Source: the human T2T-CHM13v2.0 reference genome, Homo sapiens. From it: DNA of 64,000 nucleotides. Both the position numbers and the translations under genes were made by a program. The stretch lies in NCBI RefSeq assembly GCF_009914755.1, contig NC_060927.1. One strand, 5' to 3'. Position 1 is the first letter of the stretch, and every line of letters starts with the position of its first letter. Below, one piece after another: positions 15,345-29,270 of this stretch. Under the pieces are notes generated by a model. The model was not told the DNA's origin and ran no database searches. It saw nothing but the letters and a program-made list of their open reading frames with translations.

Positions 15345-15407
15345 GTTGATGAGACAGGGTCTCACTCTGTCACTCCGTCTGAAGTACAGTGGTGTGACCT
15401 TGGCCAA
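15345..15407 (-). mobile_element. Short Alu 3' fragment
   Basis: GAGACAGGGTCTCACTCTGTCAC...GAAGTACAGTGGTGTGACCTTGGC. Confidence 0.75.
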
Positions 15408-16039
15408 ATTTATTTAAATTTTGGTAAAATGATTTTCCTTCAAAGATAAAGACAAATAGTGTAGTACTACCAGGCAAAAAGAAGCAGTATTTTTTTTTAA
15501 GTCCAAAACAATTAGACTCGCATCAGAACTCTCAAAAACAACATGAAGAGCAGAGAAAACAAAGAATAATATTTTCAAAAAAATCAAGAAAACTAGGTAT
15601 AGACAAAGCATTTTATATCCATCCAAGCTCTCCATTAAGTATCAAAGCTATAGATAAATAATCAAAGATCTCAGAGAATTTACCACACTTAAACTCTTCT
15701 TGAGGGCTAGAGGAAAATCATCCAATTACAAAAAGACAGAAAATACAAGCAAAGGATTGATGGGGAGTATTTAATGTTTTTAGTATTTGACCTAAGACTG
15801 AAACAAATTTGGGACAAAAGAGTAAGAATCGTGTGCAAATGTTGCATATTTTGACCAACTATAAATAATGGACATAGACAGGAAAGATGATAAGGAAATA
15901 TAAAAGTAGAATTAGTTTTTTGACTGTTGAATAGATAAAATACAGTAGTCAAATAATTCCAACAATACTACAGAAAATTAGCAAACCCGATAGTAAGAGG
16001 CATAATAAGAAAAGCATGGTAAAAACATGTCTGAGTACA

Positions 16040-16111
16040 ACGGTAAATAGTAGAACAAAATACAAGTAAATAGTAGAACAAAACGGTAAATAGTAGAACA
16101 AAATACAAGTA
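16040..16111. repeat. Short compound tandem duplication
   Basis: Core GTAAATAGTAGAACAAAA occurs three times, linked by TACAA or CG. Confidence 0.9.
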
Positions 16112-16358
16112 TTTCTTAAAAGGTAAAATGAAGAACAATGAAAATACATCACGGGGACAAGGAAACATGGAAAATATAGTGTACCATCTACGATGATAAA
16201 GAATAAGACAAAACTGAGACCAATTCTATCAGAGGCATCGATTAACATGCAAGCCGCTTAACAAGAAAAGTATTTTCAATTTTGTTCACAAAGCAAGATT
16301 CAACTATCTGCTTTGTACGAGACATAACTGTAGATCAAAGCAATTAAAAGGAAGCTGA

Positions 16359-16604
16359 GGTCAGGCGCAGAGACTCACACCTGCAATCCCAGCACTTTGG
16401 GAAGCTGAGGGGGGAGAATCATGAGGTCAGGAGTTCAAGACCAACCTGGCCAACATGGTGAATCCCCATCTCCACTAAAAATACAAAACAAACAAACAAA
16501 AAATTAGCTGGATGTAGTGGCAGGAGCCTGTAATCCCAGCTACTTGAGAGGCTGAAGCAGGAGAATAGCTTGAACCTGGGGGAGGAGTTGTAGTGAGCTG
16601 AGAT
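16359..16604 (+). mobile_element. AluS (Sg-like), 3' end and tail deleted
   Basis: GAATCATGAGGTCAGGAGTTCAAGACCAACCTGGCCAACATGGTG; stops at GTGAGCTGAGAT with no poly(A). Confidence 0.9.
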
Positions 16605-16649
16605 AAAATGGAGTTCAAATGAAAATGTAACTTATGACAAAGAACAGTT

Positions 16650-16925
16650 TTTTCTAAATATTTGTTTTACTTAATTTGCAAATAAAATGTAGATATTTAT
16701 GGTATGTGACATCATGTTTTGAAATATGTATATATTGTACTTTGGCGACATTAAACTAATTAACATACGCATTACCTCACATACCTGTCGTTTTTATCTA
16801 TGTGTGGTATGAATGCTTAAAATCTGTTCTCTCAGTGATATTCAAGTATACATATTTATTAACTATAGTTACAATGTTGTACAATGGATATCTTAAACTT
16901 ATTCCTTCTCTTTAACTAATTTTTT
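16650..16925 (-). mobile_element. L1MA8/9-like 3' end
   Basis: CTAATTAACATACGCATTACCTCACATA...TTAAAATCTGTTCTCTCAG...AACTATAGTTACAATGTTGTACAAT. Confidence 0.8.
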
Positions 16926-17755
16926 TTTAAGGCTAAGAGTGACAATTCACAATTTAGATAAACATCCTTGCACCAAATAGCAGAGTACTCACCTCTGAGA
17001 AGCAAAAGGAAATTCAAGCACTCTCAGTAAGACACAGAAGACATAAGTAATACAAATAAGTCAGATCTCATGAATATGTATCAAATTTTATTCTTCTATA
17101 TTACATAATACATCTTAAATGTGGAATCTGTATTCACTGGAGGTAAGATTTAAAAAAGAATGGTGCTAGGACAACAGGACAAATTTTTGGACAAAACCAA
17201 AATAATTATTAAAACCATGTATCACACCATATAGAAGAATACTTTCGAAATGGCATCAGGTGCCTAAATATTTTCTTTAAATCCCTAAATGTAATAGGCA
17301 AATGTAAATCCTAAATGTAAGGGAGAAAAAATTCAATAGATTTTCCTACAGCATCAATATATGATTTAAAATATTTTATAAACCACTAAAAATAAGAATT
17401 TATGCAATAATACTGATATAAATAAAAATAGTAAATAGATAGAAGATATGTGATAGCTACAGATAGAAGATCAACATATATATATGAGAAAAGGGAAGTC
17501 TTTAGTTTATAGGTAATTTCCAAGTAATAAATATAAAATAAATGATGGAGTCACTAAATCATCATTTGACAACACAATATTTCTTACAGGCACTATCACT
17601 AGGGAATGGTTTAATGTTGTTTAAGGTATTAATCATCTATGCATCATGTTCAAAAGAATGATAAAATGAGAATAAATTACCAAAAAGTATCTCCCCACAA
17701 TATACTTAAAGGGAAAAAAAATAGAAAAGTATCCATTGAGAAACCCAGCAGATAC

Positions 17756-18066
17756 TGTGTTGCAGGTTTATTTCACACTGATTACCAACTCCTTTTACTC
17801 GGGCAAGACGGAACACCTGCACACATAAGTTACATACGGTGGACTTATTATTTAACAGATAAGCAGCAAAGGAGAACAAAAGACCAGGATTCATTGAGAG
17901 CATTTTCCCAAAGGTTTGCTGGTGTGACTGTATGCAACCGATTTGCACTGCAGCTAAGGAACCTAGGAAAGCATCCTGCCATAGGTTTTAAACCCCAGGG
18001 TACATGACACACTGGGCTAAAGCACTGAAGGAAGCCCATCCTATTTCTAAAAGAAAAAGCAAGACA
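17756..18066 (-). mobile_element. ERVL-type LTR fragment (family uncertain) inside the L1MC 3' UTR
   Basis: Abrupt GC shift starting with TGT; GACGGAACACC...TTATTATTTAACAGATAAGCAGCAAAGG resembles an antisense LTR U5/R; L1MC sequence resumes afterwards. Confidence 0.5.
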
Positions 18067-18864
18067 TTTTTCCAAATTAGAGAAACTTAAAAGGCATAGT
18101 AACTAATTCACCTGTGACCCATGATTGAGTCCTAGTAAATAAGTTTGCTTGTAGTGGGACATCAGGGAGACAACTGATGAAACTGGAATGTCTATAGATT
18201 AATTATATTCTATTAATATTAAATTTCTGATTTTGATAATTGCACTGTGACTATGTAAGGCGATGCATAACTTTCTCATTCTAGAGCATATATGAAGAGA
18301 AAGAGGGAAGATATTAAAACAAATGAAGTAATAAAATGCTAACATTTGTAAAAATCAGACAAAGGGCATATGGGATATTTTCATATTCTTTTTGCAACTC
18401 TTCTGAAATATGAAAGTATTTCAACATACAATGATTAAAGGCACTTTGCAATATTTTTACTTACATTTATTTGTTTATATTTATTTTTTGAAGCATAATA
18501 TAGGGATAAGAGATTAAAAATTGAGAACAAAAACTTGTGAAATTAATACAGGACATAAAGCACAAAAAAGGTTTTAAAAAGTAAAACATTCAGAAATGGA
18601 AATGAATTAATTAAAGGAAAAGAAAATGCACAGACAAATGAATTATAAAAGTCAGTTATAGGAGTTTTGGAAGATATAAAAATATTTTTATTTGCATTAT
18701 TTTTAACGTGGTAAACCAATGCTAGTTTGAGAGTTACGTTATAACCTAAATATAGGCAAAATGTAACTCCAGATTTTTGCTTATTTCTCTATATGATTAT
18801 GCAACAAAAGATACTAAAGTAATTCATATATTCATACAGGAAACTCTTAAACTAGAACCGATGT

Positions 18865-19020
18865 CCATATTGTTGCAGAAAGTGCACAGATTTGGGAGCC
18901 AGACAGATCTGCATTTGAATCTCGGTCTTCCAATTTCAAGCTTTTTGACAAATGTTAGTTCCCTTTTTATAGGAAAGAAAACTGGCTAATTTTGTTGCAC
19001 TCCGTGAATTTTAAGATGAA
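18865..19020 (+). mobile_element. MIR
   Basis: AAGTGCACAGATTTGGGAGCCAGACAGATCTGCATTTGAATCTCGG matches the MIR 5' region. Confidence 0.65.
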
Positions 19021-19049
19021 TTTCAAGAACACAGAAGGAATTTAAATCT

Positions 19050-19245
19050 GCAGTTTTTAAGAGGCTAGCTAGTTTCATTCAGCTACCTAAATCTTTGCCA
19101 GAACATGATCCGTATTTATCCATATAAAATTTCCCCCCAGAAATTCTGCTTCAATGGATGTTGAGGTGGATCCAAGAATCTGCATGTTTAACAAGCACTC
19201 CCAGATGATCAGATGTAAATTACATTTTATGAATCACTGCTTTAG
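19050..19245. mobile_element. MER5-type hAT-Charlie MITE
   Basis: CCCCAGAAATTCTGCTTCAA...CCAAGAATCTGCATGTTTAACAAGCACTCCCAGATGAT...GAATCACTGCTTTAG. Confidence 0.7.
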
Positions 19246-22200
19246 ATGGAGAGGCCTCAAGTTAATGCACTGGGGCTAAGCTTGCTTTAAAATATTAATG
19301 TTTTATGAATCCCCTCTGGAAAGTCAGTTTACATGTATTTGACTAAGTAGAAAAATATAGAAAGAAAACTTTCTTAGATTATTCCTTCTTAATAGCAAGG
19401 ATTATGTTTAGGGTAGAACAAACAGCTACTTTTGATCTTTTTATATATCAGTTATCAAAACAGAAAGGTTTTTCACAATGATTGCCATGTGTATTTTAAA
19501 TCTCAATAGTGAGACTAAAAACATTCACAGATTGATCTGAAAAGGGAAAGTAACCTGAGGTGTCCAATGGTTGAAGGAATAATAAAGAAGAAAATAGAGA
19601 AAATGAATCATATCAATCAAGGTCCTTATAGATACTTAAATTACACAAATAATTATCTTCAACAATATCTGTAATTAGGGAAGTAGACAATGAAATCAAT
19701 TGTGTGATATTGTAAAGATGATAGATAGAGACAGACAGATAGACTCATCATTATATAATAGACATTTCTGATGAAAACACCAAATAATATAATCTTACTT
19801 GCAAGAATATTTCTAGATTTAACCATTTCTCCCATTTTTTGTCTAATTGAGCATTATCAGGAAATTAAGTCTAAATTTAAATCTAAATTTCTTTACTTTT
19901 TTTTCCTTCTAATATTATGACCTGCTACTCCTGGTGAAAGAATATTTACTTATATGATTTTAAAAACACACAAACTGTACAAATTGACAGCAAATGTCAA
20001 CCAATTACATTAACACCATATCAAATATAATATGACTAGTGACTGTGATGTAATTCATCAGTGCATTTACCTAACTGAAGGATCATTCACTCTTCAATAA
20101 CAATCTAAGTGACATTTTGTGGAAGAGGGTAGCTACCTTCCATGACCACATCTTTGAAAACTGTATCAATTTTTTAGCTGCACTGATAGTAAACTCTAAC
20201 TCCATTAAATTATACTCTCCCTCTCTTTTTAGATCTACTTTGTGCAAAGGAACAGATAATGTACATTTTCTTGATATAGGTTATCTATTTAAGGGGCCTA
20301 CTTTGAAATTGCATGAAAAGCATCCTAAAACGTAAGGGAAATTATGAAGCATCAAATTAAAAACAATTAAATTTTTAAAATTTATTTATTTTTGGTTAAA
20401 AAGCCAATGGTTTCATTTTAGTAGATTGAATAGCATAAACAAGGACCTTTTTAATTAAGCAGACAATACCTGTTTTGTGAAAGATAAAAAGAAAATGCAT
20501 CATTTGTGATTGACTATTGAATATTAGCAATTTTCTCTGATAAATTACATCTATCTGCTAAAAGCATTGCACAGTTATTATAACACTTGGTTAGTGCTAT
20601 GAGTTGGAACTTTATTTTTGGTCTTAAGTCTTAGTGGAGGTAACCAAGAAATTTTCTCTGCTGTAGATCATACTATAAAGATTTGGATATAAAGTATGCA
20701 GTAGTATAGGTTCATAAAACAAAGTTAAACCTTATAAAATATAAGGCAGAAAACAGTACAGCATTTTTAACAGTAATTTGGAAGAAAAATTAATAAATAG
20801 ACATAATTTAGCTTAATATCCTGTTTAAAGCAATACCACTAATTTTATTATTTAATAAAAACTAAAATAAAATGGACTCTTCTCATGATACATCTATTCA
20901 AATTTGAACTTAAAACTTATGTTTAAAATATAACTGTTAAACAGTATTGTTTTAGGGATAGTAAAGCCTGCTTTCACTGTTTCTGCACTGGTAAATACAT
21001 TGCCTTATTTCTCATTTTCTCCTACTTTGACTTTGTAGTCATGCCCTCATTACCATATTCAATTAATTAGTGCAAAAAGGTAATATTCTAGTGTTTAGAA
21101 CACATGGAGTTGCATTATTGACTCCAAATAAATAGGGCAGGTTCCTAATGGAGGCTGAGCAATGAGAGAACCCCTTTGTGAAAATACTAACGCTAAAAAT
21201 GTGTTGCTTGACCAAAGACCTCTTATAAGGACAAAGAAACAGACAAAGGGAAAAAAAATAGAGATAAAAGAAAAAGCGTATCAAAATTAAATGTAAAAAA
21301 AATATTGCATTCATTTTTATCTCACTTTGACCAACTGAGTGGAATTAGAACAAAAAAAAAAAAAGTATTTCTTTAGAAACTTGACATCTCACATCCTGAG
21401 AGAAACCGCGATAATTATTTTGGCTTTGTAATATTTATATTTATCAGATTGTACACCAGCTGCAGAAAAGCATTTCAATCCATGGAATTTTCTGTATGTT
21501 CAAAAATTTATTAATTCCTTGCTGAGTTAATGCAATGGAGGTTTTCAAAGAGTGTTTTTCATAGCTTTGTTGAAAAAAATGGCAAATACAAATGTGACTT
21601 ATGACTTGAGAATCTTATATTCTGTTCTGCCTTGGCAATAGAGTCCTTTTAGCATGCAGCTTGGAAATAAAGCCCTGCTCAAAGACAAGTTTTAAAGCAT
21701 TCCCTTATGTTAGATTTTTAAATATAGCAAAATTCCATTACCTGTAACGGAGTACACATAATCCCCATAACATCTACAGCAGTAGTGTGATCAGCCACAG
21801 CCTGTTTCAGTCACGCTGATTTTCCCCCTTTCCCTCTTGTGACCAACTATTCAACACTTTTCCTACATGACTTGAATGAACCTCTCAATCTTGAATAAAA
21901 TAATAGAAATGTAGCTTCAGGTAATACAGGTACTTCGAAAAGTTTCCTCACTATATCCAATTATAGAATGTCTTGTTCCCTTGTGATATTTTCACTCTGA
22001 AATGGGAAGCTGACTAGGAGGATCATGCAACTGTTTGTCCTCCTCTTCTTTGCTGTGTTCTGTGTTCACCCTCTCAATTCCGCAAGCCTCACCTTTTCTG
22101 GCCCTAGGTATGATTTTACCAACAGAACTTTTCTGCTTCTTACCTTTTGATAAGAATCCCCTAAAAAAAAAAGTCACAGAGAAATTATTGGTAAAATGGT

Positions 22201-22456
22201 CCAGAAGGAAGCATTAAGCCGAAGGGATTGATTATCAGGGAGAATATTGTAGAAATTAAATTCAGGTCTTACAGGACATCAATATACGTCTCTCTTTCTT
22301 TAGACTGCATTTTTGATTAATGTATCCTCCAAGATTCATTAATTCTTTCTTATGTTCATATACTTTACATCATTTTCTCCATTTCCTCCTTTTTTGAAAT
22401 CATATTTTCTCAGATTATTTTGTCCTTGTAGAATTTTAAAAGTTCTTAAAATTACT

Positions 22457-22996
22457 ATTTTTTTAGCTTTATCGTGGCATAATTAACAAATTAAAATTGT
22501 ATAAATTTAAGATGTACAATGTGATGTTTTAATATATGTAAGCATTGTGAAATGATTGACACAACCAAGCTAATTTAGCATATTAATTACCTTACATAGT
22601 TATCATTTGCGTGTGTGTGGTAAGAAGACGACACCTATTCTCTTAGCAAATTTCAACTATACATTACATCATTAACCATAGCCACCATGTTGTACATTAA
22701 GTTTTCAAAATTTATTCTTTCTACAATTAAAAGTGTGTACCCTTTGACCAACATCTCTTCCACCACTCAAGCCCCTGATCACCACCATTTTACTGTTTGT
22801 AATAATAAGTTTGACTTTTTTTCTTTTAGATTCTACATGTAAGTGAAATCATGCACTACTTGTTTTTTATGTTTGGCCTATTTTACTTAGCACAATCTCC
22901 TCCAAATGTGTTCATGTTTTCATGAATGGCAGGATTTCCTTTTTAAGAGCTGAATAATATTCCTTTGTGTAAGCAGAAAGATAGGTAGATGATGAT

Positions 22997-23038
<42 letters not shown>

Positions 23039-23205
23039 GATAGAGCTTGAGCTAGAACTATATCACATTTACTTTATCAATTCATCTGTTGTAAGACACG
23101 TTTTTGTATGTTGGCTATTGTGAATAATACTGCAATGAACATGGGAGTGCTAATATCTATTCAACATAGTGGTTTAATTTTTTTGTAATATATACCCAGA
23201 AGTAT
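22457..23205 (-). mobile_element. L1MA9/10-like 3' end
   Basis: AATTGTATAAATTTAAGATGTACAATGTGATG...TACCTTACATAGTTATC...TTGGCTATTGTGAATAATACTGCAATGAACATGGGAGTGC. Confidence 0.85.
22998..23044. repeat. (GATA)n tetranucleotide microsatellite
   Basis: About 10 perfect ATAG units. Confidence 0.95.
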
Positions 23206-23607
23206 CTTGACTTTTTGTTAGTCATCAGAGTGATTTTTAATGTTTGTCTATTTAAATTAAATTTCAATTAATGAATTATTTTACTTGTCTCACATCTTAA
23301 AAAAACTCACTCTACTAGGAGATTAATTATCTTACCTGGACTAATTTTTTAATATGTTCCTGCTCATCGCATAGTAAACCATCTGCCCTAAAACAAACAA
23401 TTGATTGAATTTTAATTAGTTACAGTATGTGTCTAGCCCTTTATGTGAAAAGTCAACATCATTTATGTTTTGACCCATATATAAAAATTTAGAAATTACA
23501 TCTTATTAAAAACATATTGACCCTGGTTCTATAGCTAAAATACACACACTTCTGTTAATGTAGAAATGTATTTGGGTTTTTTAAATCAAACTCTAAAAAT
23601 GATCTAA

Positions 23608-23895
23608 CAGAATGCGGTGGCTTATGCCTGTAATCCTAGCATATTGAGAGGTCAAGTTGGAAGGATTGCTTGAGCCAAGAAGTTTGAGATCAACCTGGGC
23701 AACACAGTAAGACCTCCATCTCTACAGAAAAATACAAAGTAAAAATATTATCTGGGTGTGGTGGCACATACCTGTAGTCCCAGCTACTTGGGAGGCTGAC
23801 GTGGGAGGATCTCTTCAGCCATGATCACACTATCACATTCAAGCCTGGTTGACAAAGGTATCTCAAAAATAATGAATAAATAAATAAATAAATAT
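23608..23895 (+). mobile_element. AluJ with internal right-arm deletion
   Basis: GGAAGGATTGCTTGAGCCAAGAAGTTTGAG (AluJ-type); (TAAA)n tail. Confidence 0.88.
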
Positions 23896-26239
23896 AACCC
23901 AATGGTAATTTTAAATTATTAGAAATTTATTGCTATTTCTGCTGAACAGCCCCATGTTTTATTAAAGACTTTAAAATATACATTGATATTCAGTTGATTT
24001 TCATTGACCTTGGCATTTTTCTAATGTTAATGAACTAGTCCTGACTATTTTTGTAATCAAATTCCCTTAATGCGTATTGGCAGGTTTTGTCTCACAGATT
24101 TTATTGCAACAGAATGTTCATGCCTATTAGTTTTATGAAAGCTAATACAGAATAATTAAGCATGTTTAGTAATGCATAACAAAACACAAATTTCTCTAGA
24201 GATTATTTTGTAAAGTTCATTCATTTTTCCTTTTTTTTTTCTGGAAATACCACCATTAGCTCACTTAGATGAAGGGGAGAATCTTTGGTGGCACAACATC
24301 TAGAGTGAATCAACATGGATGAAAATAAAAACAGTACTGGTGGAGAAGAATATTGTAACATCTCTGAGAATTTTGCCTAAAATTTCTGTGAATACTTCAA
24401 AACAAAATAAAAGAAACAGAATGAGAGGCTGTAAAATTGGCATGATTTAGATGCAGATTTAGGTATGATTCATTATTCAATTACTGTAAAAGTGCAGTAC
24501 TTTTCCAACATGTTGTACAAAACATACAACTTTACAGGGAAACAGTATATGGCATTAAAAATGTTTCCCTATATTCAAATTAGAGAAAAATAAAGCAGAT
24601 GATGAGTAGTATAATTCCTTGATTAGGAATGATACCTGTCTAGACAATTCAGAACCAGTATTGCTGTGAGTTTTAAATAGACATTCAAATGTCAGCAAGT
24701 GGCAATGTATATTTTAATTATGCCGTCCTTAGCAGACCAAAGGCATATATAAATTCTGGCATGTAAGTATAAGAATGAGACCTTATGTAGCAACAATACA
24801 TATTTCCAAGTTTTTACTCCCGTGGAGTAAGAGAAATAAGTTGGAAAGGTAAAAAGTTTCATTGCTTCTCTTTCATTTAAAATATTTGGAGAAAAGCTCA
24901 AAGAAATTTGTTAAAATTTTCCTTTCTTTTTTCTTTCAGAATATCATCTTGTAAAAGTGACATTGTATTGTCCTCAAGAACACATCTTGGTTAAGAAATG
25001 TTGTTTCTCTCCTATGCTCCCTCAGGCTGAGTGATCTGTTTCTCTCCTTAAATGGCCTGCATAAATAGGGCTTTCTGGCAACTGCATCCAGCTGAAGCAA
25101 ATTCATAACTGCTCTTGATTGCACAGTAACATTGTTTTTGCTCCATTCATTACTACATTAGTTCTTCTGTGTTCTTTTTGGCACTATGAGGGAGAATGGA
25201 TCCTTTAGGACACACCTCACACGTAATAATTTGAAAAAGTATCCACATGTTCCTTACGAGTCTCATTCCATTGACAAAGACAGTAGGTTTTACATTAGAA
25301 AGTTTCCCACAGTTATAAAAAACTTCAATCACATAATCTTTGCTGGAGAACACACGCATGCAATAATTTAGACAAGCATATTCTTTAATGATAGGGTTAT
25401 CTGGTTAAAAGTTTTAATATGTACTTGGTCTTTCTTTTACTTATTTCCTTTCTCATGTATATTATCTTTCAATTCAGTTTAATCCCATTTCAATCTCCTT
25501 TTTATTGAAAAAATGATATAAAGTTTCTTTTTCTGATAAATTTTGGTATTCCTTTATGTTATCTACAATCTAATATGAGATGTTTGAATAAAATTGTTAG
25601 TGAAACCACTGGGAAAAGAAAACAAATATCTTCAAATCCACATAACGTTTATAGGAAAATACAAAATCATGTGTCAGTCTTCCAGATTAGGTTAACCAAA
25701 AAATGTCTGTCTGAAAAATTCATTCTTTTTTTTTTCTTATATTAAGCAATGTCATAAGTGCTATTTTAAGCAAGGCCAGCCTTAGGGGTAAAAATGTGAA
25801 AAAGGTGAAGGTTAGAACTGGAGTTCCATCAATGTCAATGCCATCTTCTTTCTAATTCCTGTTGACACTCCACTTTTCTTGTTTCTCTTTGTTCTTCTCT
25901 CCTCTCCATGGTAACATGTATTTTGAGTTGACTGAAGTTCTGTGTGTGGCACTGGTTTTGCTTGGCAGGTGTCTTGATTCCCACTCCTGGGTTTTCTTTA
26001 CTATGATAATAAGAGACCGTTCAGGAGCTTGTGTTAATGAGTAAGGCCCTATCCCAACCCACCATTCCCAACTATCTGTGCCCTGCTTCTCACTCTTCTC
26101 TTTCTTCCTCTCTCATCAGGTTCTAATAGTCTAAAAATACTACTGCAATCTGTTATTGTTGTTTGTAATATATCCCTTCTCACATAGAATATAAACTTTA
26201 AGATGAAATATCAGAAGCCACCATTCTCAAGGGCGTGAG

Positions 26240-26420
26240 GAAGGGCTTCAGACGCAGACAGGGCTAAGTTTAAATGTTGGGTTATTTTTCAGAAGTATAA
26301 AAATTTGATATGATATTTGTTCTTTTAGCATATGGCTTCCCATCTATAAAATGATCGATGCACATAATGTCTAACATTGTTTTTTTGTTTGCAGTAGGTA
26401 CTTGTTAAGTGTCTGTTTAA
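26240..26420 (+). mobile_element. MIR (degenerate)
   Basis: CAGACAGGGCTAAGTTTAAAT...CTTCCCATCTATAAAATGA...AGTAGGTACTTGTTAAGTG. Confidence 0.5.
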
Positions 26421-27798
26421 TTTAACAGTAATTTTTTTCAGTGCAATTCCCTGGTGATCCTCAATTCTCTATGAACCAAATATGGTAAATGGGATTCTTG
26501 GTCAAGATTTCAGCCTGTTCATAAGATAGCTACGGAAACAATAGCTTGAAGATACCTAGGCCCAAATTGTTAAACATTTGCTATTCACTCTGATAAATAT
26601 TTTGCAGTTGTGTAATGAAATAATGACCAAAATCTTATTGTGAGTTTATGTGGAAACATTTTTCAAAGATTACACAGTCATGCAGGTAAGTGGCAGAAGC
26701 AGAATTCAAATCTACTTCATGTCTAATTTATATCTAGTGAAATATTAAATTTAGTCACATTGTTTTTACTATGTTAATGTAATATGATTTTTTGAAAAGT
26801 TAAATAAAATTATTTGTTGGGGTGTTCAAGAAAACACTGAAAATAATTTTATACTTTTAATTAAAAAATAAGTGTAAAATATGCTGTGAGAAATAACTTG
26901 CTTATTGGGAGCTCACACTAAAACTCACATTTTCCACATTAAATTACAAGCTTCTTCTTTCTATCTTTAATTTAGGAAGGAATTCTGGCAAAACTGGCCA
27001 AGCTGTTCTAACAGACTTGACACCATTTTGACAAACAAAGTACAGCACGCCCAGAGGCATTAGGGAGCAAGACTTCCCAAAGATCATGTGTACTTTGACC
27101 ATCTGTGCATTTGAAATTTTTGAGAACATTAAATCTCACAAAATTGAATATTTTGCACAGATTTTTACATGCTTACATGCCTTTCTTAGTTTTGAATATG
27201 ATTTTATGAAACTTTTATATTTAAAATGTTTCAGTAAATTACATTTCAGGATAAAGGATCTTATTTCCCCACTATTTTTTTCTATCAGTTAATATGTTTT
27301 CCTGAAAAACTAGAAAGAAAGTGAAATATATGTTAAGCTCATATTTAAGAAATCTAAACTTCAAATATATTTTGAATGCCAATATAATAGTAATGCTCAA
27401 AAGAACTTGCAATTAGAAATTAAATGATGGAGAGGTATTTTGACTTCAACAATGGTAATGCAATATTCTAAAGGAATAGCAACAATTAGAATTGAAAATA
27501 ATTGAATAGCCTCAAATTTTTTCATATTAAATATTTTCTTCTACAAGGTATTATGGCAAATAATACATAGAACCTAATAGTAATGAACATTAATTGATTT
27601 TAGCCACTGGTTTAAATTAATTATATCTTTTAATCTTTATAACAGGCTTTTTGGTTCTCTATTCAGCTTTTTTATTTAACAAAATACATTTTTAAATAGT
27701 TGTACTGAGATTGATATTCAGAATGATTAATTTGTTCACGGCTATATTGTGAAATCACACCTCAAATCTGAATTCAAATACTTGAACTCAACATTCAT

Positions 27799-28178
27799 TG
27801 ATAATATTTGGATTTGTGTCCTCACCCAAATCTCATGTCAAACTATTATCTCCAGTGTTGGAGGAAGAACCTGTTGGGAAGTGATTAGATCATGGGGACA
27901 GATTTTCCCTTTGCTGTTCTCATGATATTGAGTGAGTTCTCATGAGATCTGATTGTTTAAAATTGAGTAACACCTCCCCCTTCCCTCTCTTCCTCCTGCT
28001 CTTGCCATGTAAGATATGCCTGCTTCCCTTTCTGCCATGATTGAAAGTTTCCTGAGGGCTCCTCAGCCATGCTTCTTGCACAGCCTGTAGAACTGTGAGC
28101 CAATTACATTTACTTTCTTTATAAATTACTCAGTTTTCAGGTGTTTTCTTTAGAGCAGTGCAAGAACAGACTAATACG
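27799..28178 (+). mobile_element. MSTA (MaLR) solo LTR
   Basis: TGATAATATTTGGATTTGTGTCCTCACCCAAATCTCATG...GCAAGAACAGACTAATAC; near-TSD TTCAT/CTCAT. Confidence 0.92.
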
Positions 28179-28411
28179 CTCATGGTCTTCACCACTCTGC
28201 TCTACTGATTCAACACAATTCTCTGAGTTTCCTAAAATCCGTATTTCTAGAAAATTGTAGACTCTCCTGGTGTTTGGAAATAAACATAAATTTCTAAGTT
28301 GCATAAGAAAGATTAAACTAGTAAGAACACTTGAAAGGATGGAAAATAGGAATAAATTTAACATATAGTTAAACCAAAATAAACCTATTTTGTACAGAAT
28401 TTGGCAGGGGA

Positions 28412-28462
28412 ATATATACATATGTGTATATATATGTGTGTGTGTATATATATATATATATG
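28412..28462. repeat. (TA)n/(TG)n compound microsatellite
   Basis: Alternating purine-pyrimidine tract visible directly. Confidence 0.9.
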
Positions 28463-28959
28463 TTTATTAAGGTCCAGCCTGTTTATATGTCTATTTAAAA
28501 TGGGTATTTCAACATAAAATGGTATTTAAACCAAGTTCTTATGAACTTGCATTAAAAATTCGTAGGGAATAGCTAAACTTTATATGCACTTGTGCATAGA
28601 CCTAAGCATATTTATCTCTGAGATACATTTTTATTGTACACATACTCAATAATTAAGAGATTCTGCTATAAAATTACAGTTCTCACCAATAAACTGGTGG
28701 TATTCTTTATTCTGGAATAGGTAAAGGAATGTTATCTGTCCAGCTTTAAAGGGTCCTCCAAGTTCTGAACCAGTAAGCATTGTTCATTTCCAGGAAAATC
28801 AAAACAAAACAAAAACAGAAACAAAAATTTTTAAAAACCTATGTCTTTAGTAGGATTTGCCAGAGATCAACTTTGATATGTAGATAGTACTAAAAATATG
28901 GTACATATTTTGAAAAGATTATTAATGCATAAAAACTCTGGAATGATATAAAACTATAA

Positions 28960-29270
28960 TTCATTCACCAATACATATGCATTACCCATCCTTCTTATAG
29001 TAGGCATGTGCTAGGTTTGAGAATTTAATAATGAAAAAGTAGACAATTTCCATGCCATGACCTTACCTACATTTTACACAGTTTTGATCCTAAAGGCAAC
29101 ACATTTCAGATAATAAATTTGTTCCTTTTTTGAATTATTAACTTCTTATAGAGTCAATGGGATATAAGCTGAACTTTGAAGTAGAGACAGGATTTGAATA
29201 TTTAGAAGAATTATAAAGCAACCTGGCCACAAGCAAAGCTGTGGAAAGAGAAAAGCCATGGCTCTATTGA
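28960..29270 (-). mobile_element. L2 3' end
   Basis: TCATTCACCAATACAT...TAGGCATGTGCTAGG...AATAATGAAAAAGTAGACAA...AAGCTGAACTTTGAAG. Confidence 0.6.

Larger units (their letters stand above)
14850..18440 (+). mobile_element. Fragmented ancient L1M/L1MC (ORF1 to 3' UTR), host to several younger inserts
   Basis: A-rich strand; CAACTATCTGCTTTGTACGAGACATAAC (endonuclease); GAGAAACCCAGCAGATAC and ATTAAATTTCTGATTTTGATAATTGCACTGTGACTATGTAAG (L1MC4-like 3' UTR). Confidence 0.6.

Noticed and set aside
16040-16111. Repeat-spacer look-alike (CRISPR-like)
   Set aside because: Linkers are only 2-5 nt, the context is eukaryotic, and there are no cas genes
17639-18075. 122-aa ORF and overlapping antisense ORFs
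   Set aside because: Spans an L1MC/LTR junction with no recognisable domain; chance ORF
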